A DNA stretch of 64,000 bases, taken from positions 160,001 to 224,000 of the forward strand of contig CAXXWX010000026.1 of assembly GCA_963675745.2 (NCBI GenBank), in the 5' to 3' direction. Under the pieces are notes generated by a model. That model was not told the origin of the DNA and did no database searches. It worked only from the letters and a program-made list of their open reading frames with translations. The DNA is from Phycisphaerae bacterium. GTDB lineage: Bacteria > Planctomycetota > Phycisphaerae > UBA1845 > Fen-1342. Every line of letters starts with the position of its first letter. Position 1 is the first letter of the stretch. Made by a program: the position numbers and the translations under genes. This document shows, one piece after another, positions 1 through 8,600 of this stretch.

Positions 1-1370
1 GCCCGACGGCGCAACTTGAAATGCCGGGCGATGTTCTCCACGTCCACGATCGGGTCGTCAACAAGCAGTCCCAGTGACAGGATCAAGGCAAAGAGCGTAA
101 CACGGTTAATCGTGTAGCCACACAGCAGGTTCACCGTGAGCGTCAGCCCAAAGACAACGGGCACCGCCACGGCGACAATCAGCGCCTCCCGCCAGCCGAG
201 CCCCAGCGTAAGCAGGGCAATGACGATGAAAACGGCGACCGCCAGCGCCTCGACCAGCTCGTTGACCTTCTCGTTCGCGGTCAGACCGAAGTTGCGCGTG
301 ATGATCAACTCCATGTTGTCCGGGATCATCTCGGCCCGCAGGCGCTCCGCGGTGGCAAGCACGTCGCGCGCCACCCAGACGGCGTTGGACCCCTTCTTCT
401 TGGCAACGGCGATCGTCACCGCCGGCTGCGCGGCGGCCGCATTTGCGGGGTCTTGAGCCGGGGCGCCAACGCACTGCCCCGGAAACCCCTCGTGGGCTGA
501 GAATCCACGCGCAGGCCCCCACCCATGCCGCACATACCCATCGACCTCAGCCGGACCATCCACGATCTCGGCAACGTCTTTGAGGAAGATGGGATGGTCT
601 TCCACAACGCGTACGACCAGATCGTCCAATTCCCGGGGACTGCCAAGAGCCTTACCGGACTCGACAACGTATGACTGATCCCGCCGCGTGAAGTCGCCCG
701 CCGTGATACTGACGTTTGCCGCGCGGATAGCGCGTTCAACCTCGAGTGGCGAGACGCCGTACGCGTGCATTCGCTCCGGGTCCAGGTACACCTGCACACG
801 TCGCGGCTCGCCGCCGACCACGTACGCGCGGGACGTGTTCTTCACCGCGGCGAGGCGCTCCACGAGCTCCTCACCGACGCGGCGCAGCGCATGGCTGTCG
901 GCCTGCGCGCTTGTGAGCGTCAGCGTAACAATGGGCACATCGTCAATCTCGACCGGCTTGACCACCCAGCCGGCCACGCCCGGCGGGGCTAGGTCGAGGT
1001 TTTCGTCGATCCGCTTATATAGCTTAACGAGGCTGCGCTCGCGGTCCTCGCCAACGTAGAAGCGAACGGTGATAATCGCCAGATCCGGACGCGACATCGA
1101 ATAGACGTATTCGACGCCGTCAATCTGGTACAGGATGCGTTCCAGTGGCGTGGTGACCAGCCGTTCCACTTCCGCTGCCGAGTGGCCGGGGAACTGAACG
1201 TATACATCGGCCATCGGCACCACAATTTGCGGGTCCTCCTCCCGCGGCGTAACCAGCAACGCCGCCAACCCCAGAACGGCGGAGAGAATAATCAGCACGA
1301 TGGACAGGTTTGACCGCAGAAAAACGTGGACGATGGCGTTCGTGAAGCCGTGCGAGCGGTCGGCGGACAT
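1..1370 (-). CDS. RND efflux transporter permease subunit (AcrB/CzcA family), 3' part runs off the window start
   Basis: Not in the ORF track because there is no stop in the window. My translation from ATG at 1370 reads MSADRSHGFTNAIVHVFLRSNLSIVLIILSAVLGLAALLVTPREEDPQIVVPMADVYVQFPGHSAAEVERLVTTPLE..., and later ...ALILSLGLLVDDPIVDVENIARH, both AcrB-family signatures. It starts 1 bp after the MFP stop. Confidence 0.9.
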   Translation of the reverse strand, partial: MSADRSHGFTNAIVHVFLRSNLSIVLIILSAVLGLAALLVTPREEDPQIVVPMADVYVQFPGHSAAEVERLVTTPLERILYQIDGVEYVYSMSRPDLAIITVRFYVGEDRERSLVKLYKRIDENLDLAPPGVAGWVVKPVEIDDVPIVTLTLTSAQADSHALRRVGEELVERLAAVKNTSRAYVVGGEPRRVQVYLDPERMHAYGVSPLEVERAIRAANVSITAGDFTRRDQSYVVESGKALGSPRELDDLVVRVVEDHPIFLKDVAEIVDGPAEVDGYVRHGWGPARGFSAHEGFPGQCVGAPAQDPANAAAAQPAVTIAVAKKKGSNAVWVARDVLATAERLRAEMIPDNMELIITRNFGLTANEKVNELVEALAVAVFIVIALLTLGLGWREALIVAVAVPVVFGLTLTVNLLCGYTINRVTLFALILSLGLLVDDPIVDVENIARHFKLRRR

Positions 1371-1371
1371 A

Positions 1372-2478
1372 TCACTGCCCCCCGCCCGGCGGCAAAGCGA
1401 CCCGCTCGCCCGCCACCAGACCTGCCAGGACCTCTACATCGCCGTCCTCGAATGTACGACCAAGTTGCACGCTGCGCCGGCTCAGAACGGGCGGCGTAGC
1501 CGTCTGTTTGACCACATCGACGAAGCACAACTGTCCGATGCGGTCGACCGCCGGTTCCGGAATGACGAGCACTTCTTCTGGATCGAGCGGGATCAGCAAA
1601 CGCCCAAACATGCCGGTGTACAGCCCGGGTGGGCACGGTCCGGACACTTTCACCGTAAAGGCGCGGCTCGCCGACGTCGCCTCGGGAACGATCTCCCTGA
1701 CGTGGCCGGTGCAGGTTTGGCCAAGCGCATCTATGCGGACCCGGATATCTTCTCCAACGCTCAGCCGTTGCGTAAGCGACTCACGCACACTTGCCGTCAA
1801 TTGCATGCGCGTGGCGTCATACATCTTCAAAAGCGGCTGTCCCGGCGACGCGACATCGCCAACCTCCACCAGCTTGTCGACAACGACTCCATTCATCGGA
1901 CTTCGGATCGTCGCATACTCCAGAACAGCCGCGATCTCCTTTTGGGCCTGCTCTGCGCGCTGAAGGTTGGAGGACGCCGTCTTCAGTTCGGTCTGCGCGC
2001 GCTCAAACTCAATCTGTGCCGCGTTCTTGGATTGGTAGAGTTGGTTGATGCGGTCGAATTCCACCTGGGCCTGATCGCGGGCGGCGGCGGCGCTGGCGAC
2101 GGCCGCCTCCGCCTGCTCAAGTCGGGCGCGAAGCTCCTCGTCATCGAGTCGGACCAGCACAGCCCCCTGCTCCACTTGCTCGCCCGCCGTGACATTCACT
2201 TCCAAAACTCGCGCCAGGATCTTCGCGGCGATCGTGGTCTCGTGAATCGCGCTGATCGTACCCACGGCAGTCTCAACGACCGGCATGCTGACGAGGCGCG
2301 CTTCGGCCACGGAACGCGCGCCGAGCGTTCGAACCTCCCGGGCAGGCATGCCGTGTTCGGCCTCGCCTATTTTGTGGTGAAAGAAGCCGGCAAGCCCCAT
2401 GATGAGCAGGCTCACAACGACTATGAAGAGCACGCTCCCCCCCAGATACCAGATCAACGGCGAGTTTCTCTTGACCAT
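1372..2478 (-). CDS. RND efflux periplasmic adaptor (membrane fusion protein)
   Basis: N-terminal TM, lipoyl-like halves (VTAGEQVEQGAVL; IRSPMNGVV...VEVGDVASPGQPL), coiled coil and C-terminal GLVAGERV. Start taken at ATG 2478 behind a GAGG RBS (track start 2526). Confidence 0.9.
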   Translation of the reverse strand: MVKRNSPLIWYLGGSVLFIVVVSLLIMGLAGFFHHKIGEAEHGMPAREVRTLGARSVAEARLVSMPVVETAVGTISAIHETTIAAKILARVLEVNVTAGEQVEQGAVLVRLDDEELRARLEQAEAAVASAAAARDQAQVEFDRINQLYQSKNAAQIEFERAQTELKTASSNLQRAEQAQKEIAAVLEYATIRSPMNGVVVDKLVEVGDVASPGQPLLKMYDATRMQLTASVRESLTQRLSVGEDIRVRIDALGQTCTGHVREIVPEATSASRAFTVKVSGPCPPGLYTGMFGRLLIPLDPEEVLVIPEPAVDRIGQLCFVDVVKQTATPPVLSRRSVQLGRTFEDGDVEVLAGLVAGERVALPPGGGQ

Positions 2479-2681
2479 CGTTACACCTCTCTGACCGCCA
2501 GCGGCAACAGAGCTGACAAAGGCCACGGCTGACGGGCCTCCAGCATACGCGCTTTTGCCCGCGTGTTAAGCGCTCCGCTGACTACACCGGTCTTCGCGAC
2601 TCAACGTGTGCCCAGGCCCCGCGGGAACGGCTGTGGGTGGCACGCTCTCGCGACACGCGCCTGCGCTGCGCCAGGATCGCC

Positions 2682-3023
2682 TCAGCGGCTTTGCGGCGGC
2701 TGCCAGCGCTCGACTCGCATCTGCCGCGTGCCGAAAACGACGTGTGGTCCTTCGGCTCGGCGATTGGAATAGTGCCACGTGGTGTTGATCTTTGACACCT
2801 TCACGTGCTTGGGCTCGCCGAGTAATGACAGGACCTCGACGGCATCCATTCCCGCCGTGAGTTTGGACCAGCCAATCGTCCAGGTCGGTTCCGATCGTGA
2901 GTCCGACGTCACGCTCGGGGCGGCCGCGGCGCTCTCGGCGGCCTCGGGCGGCGTCTGGCACCCGATGAACACCACGGAAGAGAGAATCACCGTGGCCAAA
3001 GTGAGGATCGTCGCTGTGCGCAT
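2682..3023 (-). CDS. small lipoprotein, possible SmpA/OmlA (BamE)-like domain
   Basis: Signal peptide with lipobox FIGC. The motif LTAGMDAVEVLSLLGEP...TWHY resembles SmpA/OmlA domains. GGAGAG RBS precedes ATG 3023. Confidence 0.6.
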   Translation of the reverse strand: MRTATILTLATVILSSVVFIGCQTPPEAAESAAAAPSVTSDSRSEPTWTIGWSKLTAGMDAVEVLSLLGEPKHVKVSKINTTWHYSNRRAEGPHVVFGTRQMRVERWQPPQSR

Positions 3024-3179
3024 CTTGTTCTCTCCACGAAGGTCAACCATCGATCCGCGATCAGTGTGCAATAGCAGTGCCTTAATGCGACCTCTTGAAC
3101 GAGCGGCCCGCGCTGTGTCGAAGCGGCCATGCCGCGCGGCGCATCTCTGAAGATCCTTTGATCGGTTGCATGCCCATCC

Positions 3180-4947
3180 CTAGCAGGCCGCGCTGGGCGT
3201 AAACCTGCTCGATCCGGGCGCGATGTAATCCTCGGCGGCGGTTGACAGGAACTTCGACGCGCGCTCGCTGATGATTCGCGAGACGATCTGCTCGTTTGCG
3301 TCGTTTGCCTTGGCGGCAACCAGGCTGCGAATGGAGAACACGTTGACAGGAACTTCGACGCGCGCTCGCTGATGATTCGCGAGACGATCTGCTCGTTTGC
3401 GTCGTTTGCCTTGGCGGCAACCAGGCTGCGAATGGAGAACACACGTAGCGCGTCAGATACCGACCTTCGGCCGAGTCCTTGCGACCGGTGAACGGGTAGG
3501 TATCCGGACCCCGCTGGCACTGGCTGTTGATGTTGACGCGGCAGACCTGGTTGACCAGCACGTCAACCAACCGGCTCAGGCGTGTCGCGTCCGCTCCGAA
3601 CAGTGCCGCCTGTTGCCCGTATGGGCAGGCGATTATCCAGTCGATCACCGTTTGTTCATCGTCATACGGAACGATCGGCACGACCGGGCCAAACTGTTCA
3701 AGCTGGCAGACCCGCATCTCGGGCGTACAAGGATAAAGAACGGCCGGGTAGTAGAGCGTCTGGTCGATCGTTCCGCCGCCGGCGTTGATCACCTGCGCTC
3801 CGCCCGCCACCGCCTCGTCCACTATCTCTTTCAGCCACTGCGGCTTGCCGGCCTCGGGCAGTGGGGTGATATTCACACCCTCTTCCCATGGCATGCCAAC
3901 GGTCAAGCCCTCGACCTGCGCGCTCACCCGCTTGCAGAAGTCGTCGGCAACGCTGCGGTGGCAGAAGATGATCTTGATCGCCGTACACCGTTGTCCGTTA
4001 TACGAGAACGCGCCGAGCACGCACTCGCGCGCGGCCAGGTCGAGATCGGCGTCCGGCAAGACCACCGCCGGATTCTTGGCGTCCAACCCCAGCACGCAGC
4101 GCAGCCGATTCAACTTCGGGTGCTGATGCTTCAGAATGCTCGCCACTTTCGCCGACCCGATGAAGGCCAGAACGTCGATCCGCCCGCTTTTCATGAGCGG
4201 CCCAACCACCACCGACCCATCACCATAGACGGTGTTCACAACCCCCGGCGGGAACGACTCCGCAAACGCCTGGAGCAACGGCGCGTGCAGGAGCACGCCA
4301 TACTTCGGCGGTTTGAAAATCACGGTATTGCCCATGATCAGCGCGGGGATCAACGTGGTGAACGTCTCGTTGAGCGGGTAATTGTACGGCCCCATGCACA
4401 GGACCACGCCGAGGGGACTACGTCGGATCTGGGCCAGGAAGCCCGGTTCCAGGGCAAAGCGCGAGCTGATCCGATCCAGCTCCTTCAATGCCTCGACGGT
4501 GGCCCGTACGTAATCCACGGTTCGGTCGAATTCCTTGCGGGCGTCCGGCAACGTCTTGCCGATTTCCCACATCAGAATACGAACCACGCGGTCGCGCGCG
4601 AGCTGCATCCGCGGGATAAAGGCCTCGACGCGACGGATTCGATCCGCAACCGCCATCGTTGGCCATTCGCCGCAGCCCTTGCCAAAGGCGTCGCACGCGG
4701 CCTCCAGCGCGTGCAGAGACTCCACTTCGGTCATGAGAGGATAGCCCCCCAGGGCAACTTGAGCCGGACCCTCCGCGCCACGCAGGCATACCGGCGATAG
4801 CACCTCTCGCTTTGGGCCGGCCCACGGGAGCACCTGGCCGTTCAACAGATAGTGATGGCCTTCCCGCGATCGTTCGAACCTGGCCTGCTCCGGGATGGCA
4901 TCTGGAGCCGGAAAGACATCTGATGGCGCTTTCACCTGGGTGGGCAT
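3180..4947 (-). CDS. aldehyde dehydrogenase, NADP-dependent non-phosphorylating GAPDH (GapN-like); 3' end frameshifted and duplicated (pseudogene or assembly error)
   Basis: ALDH motifs PYNYP, FIGS, GLDAKN, catalytic NGQRCTA, EQFGP and PFTGRKDSAEG. The expected C-terminus SVSDALRVFSIRSLVAAK... lies in another frame after about 3463. Start at ATG 4947 with GGAGG RBS; the end coordinate is uncertain. Confidence 0.8.
3241..3442. repeat. 101-bp direct tandem duplication (2 copies) in the ALDH 3' end
   Basis: 3241-3341 and 3342-3442 read identically (gttgacaggaacttcgacgcgcg...atggagaacac). Confidence 0.95.
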
Positions 4948-5683
4948 GACCGCCTCCGATCTGGCACGCTGCCACTGGCAACGGCCGTCATTATTGCCCA
5001 ATTCAGGCGATTGTGCAGGTCACGCCATGAGTCTTTTGCACGCGGCGGTCAAGCGCCGCGCGTGGTCGGCCACGGACGGTGAGGAGCGAGGGACAGGAAA
5101 GCACTGGCGGTCAGCAGCCAGACCACCGCCAGGACGTCAATCGTGCGGGTTATCGAATTCATCGCCATCTCCTTGCGGTCTGTACGGCCAGGTCACCAGC
5201 GGGCCGGCCCCACTGATGCCGGCCCCGGAGACCAATGCTCGGTCTCACAAGAGAGTTCGAACAAGATAGCGGATTCAGCCCCCCGAAAGGGAAAATTCTT
5301 CTACGTGCCCACGCGAGACTTCGTCCGGCTCCCATGGGGATCCGAACTGACGCATTCAGCATACCCAAGCCGTGTTCACAGCCGAAGCACCACAAGCTGG
5401 CTGATCAGTACGCCCTCCGCGATGTTATCCCTGTCGAGCTTGTCGCATCGCCGCGCCGTCGTAGACATACCGCTGGGCGATGAAGTCGCGGCTCTGGTTG
5501 CCCGAGGCCGCGACGAACTCGTCAGCCCGCCGGCAACTTAACGATGTGCGCACTCCAGGCCGCGGGGTTGCTCAAGATTTGCTGGCGACGCCTTACCCAT
5601 CTCAGTACGATGGAGGGGCGTGGAGTGCCGAGTCCCGCCCCACTTCTCGGCCGTGTGATCGGTGCTCCAAATGGGAGAGCAAC

Positions 5684-8600
5684 GTGAATCTAATCCGGCT
5701 GCGGCATCCCCCATCAAGCGTGACCCGCATGCTGGTAACCCACCTCATCGTGATGCTGGTCTTGATCGCGGGGTGTCCACGTGTTTCGACGCCGACTGCA
5801 CCCGTTGCGCCGTCAGACCCCGCCACGACCGGTAACGATCAGAACACCGGCCCCGCGCCGACGACACCGGCGGACGAAACCCCGTCGCACCCCGCTCCGA
5901 ACGAAGGTGATCTGAGCCCAGGCGCGGAACCGACTGATACTGATCCCAACAACCCGGCCGTAGCGGACACGCAGCCGGGGTGTATTGTCTGTCACGCCCT
6001 TGCACAAGGAGACCGTCGCGCCGTGGCTACACTGTCCGGGGCGAGTGCACACCTCGGGACTGTGACCGACGCGATCTGCCAGAACTGCCACGAGATGACC
6101 AGGCATCGCAGTGGCGTCATTCGACTGTGGGGAAGTGTCGCGGTTAAATCCGTGGTTCTCTCCATCTCGAACGACGCCGATGCGCCAACCGATCTGACGG
6201 CATTCTGTGGCAATTGCCACGCGAATACTGGTGACTTCCGGCATCCCAGCGACGGGCGAATAACCTGCAATTCCTGCCACGATGTGCATGCACCCTTGCG
6301 GGGTAATCTGGCGCTGATCCGCCAATCGGTCCTCAACCCGACCGGCCGGGGCACGACCAAGGTGGTGTTCACGGCGCGCAGCGGCGTTGGCAGCTTTGAT
6401 GACGGCGACCCGGCGGCCAACGACGGCGTCTGCCAGGTGTGTCACACCGGCACGGTGTTCCACCGCTACGACGGCTCCGGCATCGCGCACTTCGCCGGCG
6501 CGGATTGCGCGAGTTGCCACTCGCATGCCGACGGCTTCATCTCCGGGGCCGGCTCGTGCATCGCCTGCCACAGCACGCCGCAAGGCACCCGCCTGGCGGT
6601 GGTGGCCGCGGACGGCGGTGGCGGGCACCATCTCGACGAAGCCGTGCTCAGCGACGACGACTGCCTGGTCTGCCACGACACGAGCGCGCACCAGGAAGGC
6701 GTCGTGCGCGTCTGGTCCGACCCGACCAATCCGACGGCGGCGTTGCCGCTGACCGGTGAGGCGGCAGAGCTGGTCTCGTTCTGCGACGCCTGCCACAGCG
6801 CGCTGACGCATCCGACGATCCACACGGTGGGCGCGGACTGGGAGCCGGTCTGCACGGAGTGTCACGAGCTTCACGATCCGCAGAACGCCAACCTGGCGCT
6901 GGTGCGTGACGTGATCCACAATCAGACGCTGAGCGCCGACCGGCCGGTGGTATTCACGGCGCGCACGGGTGGCGGCAGCTTTGATGACGGCGACCCGGCG
7001 GCCAACGACGGCGTCTGCCAGGTGTGTCACACCGGCACGGTGTTCCACCGTTACGACGGCTCCGGCATCGCGCACTTCGCCGGCGCGGACTGCGCGAGCT
7101 GCCATGCGCATGCCGACGGCTTCATCTCCGCCGCCGGCTCGTGCATCGCCTGCCACAGCACGCCGCAAGGCACCCGCCTGGCGGTGGTGGCCGCGGACGG
7201 CGGTGGCGGGCACCATCTCGACGAAGCCGTGCTCAGCGACGACGACTGCCTGGTCTGCCACGACACGAGCGCGCACCAGGAAGGCGTCGTGCGCGTCTGG
7301 TCCGACCCGACCAATCCGACGGCGGCGTTGCCGCTGACTGGTGATTCGGCGGAGCTGGTCCCGTTCTGCGACGCCTGCCACAGCGCGCTGACGCATCCGA
7401 CGATCCACACGGTGGGCGCGGACTGGGAGCCGGTCTGCACGGAGTGTCACGAGCTTCACGATCCGCAGAACGCCAACCTGGCGCTGGTGCGTGACGTGAT
7501 CCACAATCAGACGCTGAGCGCCGACCGGCCGGTGGTGTTCACGGCGCGCACGGGCACCGGCAGCTTCGATGACGGCGACCCGGCGGCCAACGACGGCGTC
7601 TGCCAGGTGTGTCACACCGGCACGGTGTTCCACCGCTACGACGGCTCCGGCATCGCGCACTTCGCCGGCGCGGACTGCGCGAGCTGCCATGCGCATGCCG
7701 ACGGCTTCATCTCCGCCGCCGGCTCGTGCATCGCCTGCCACAGCACGCCGCAAGGCACCCGCCTGGCGGTGGTGGCCGCGGACGGCTCCGGCGGGCACCA
7801 TCTCGACGAAGCCGTGCTCAGCGACGACGACTGCCTGGTCTGCCACGACACGAGCGCGCACCAGGAAGGCATCGTGCGCGTCTGGTCCGACCCGACCAAT
7901 CCGACGGCGGCGTTGCCGCTGACCGGTGAGGCGGCAGAGCTGGTCTCGTTCTGCGACGCCTGCCACAGCGCGCTGACGCATCCGACGATCCACACGGTGG
8001 GCGCGGACTGGGAGCCGGTCTGCACGGAGTGTCACGAGCTTCACGATCCGCAGAACGCCAACCTGGCGCTGGTGCGTGACGTGATCCACAATCAGACGCT
8101 GAGCGCCGACCGGCCGGTGGTGTTCACGGCGCGCACGGGCACCGGCAGCTTCGATGACGGCGACCCGGCGGCCAACGACGGCGTCTGCCAGGTGTGTCAC
8201 ACCGGCACGGTGTTCCACCGCTACGACGGCTCCGGCATCGCGCACTTCGCCGGCGCGGACTGCGCGAGCTGCCATGCGCATGCCGACGGCTTCATCTCCG
8301 CCGCCGGCTCGTGCATCGCCTGCCACAGCACGCCGCAAGGCACCCGCCTGGCGGTGGTGGCCGCGGACGGCTCCGGCGGGCACCATCTCGACGAAGCCGT
8401 GCTCAGCGACGACGACTGCCTGGTCTGCCACGACACGAGCGCGCACCAGGAAGGCATCGTGCGCGTCTGGTCCGACCCGACCAATCCGACGGCGGCGTTG
8501 CCGCTGACCGGTGAGGCGGCAGAGCTGGTCTCGTTCTGCGACGCCTGCCACAGCGCGCTGACGCATCCGACGATCCACACGGTGGGCGCGGACTGGGAGC

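Noticed and set aside
5000..5680. Long spacer between the ALDH and the cytochrome with short ORFs and a GAAA-loop hairpin near 5280-5292
   Set aside because: No riboswitch consensus or protein family could be recognised. An Rfam or BLASTX search would be needed.
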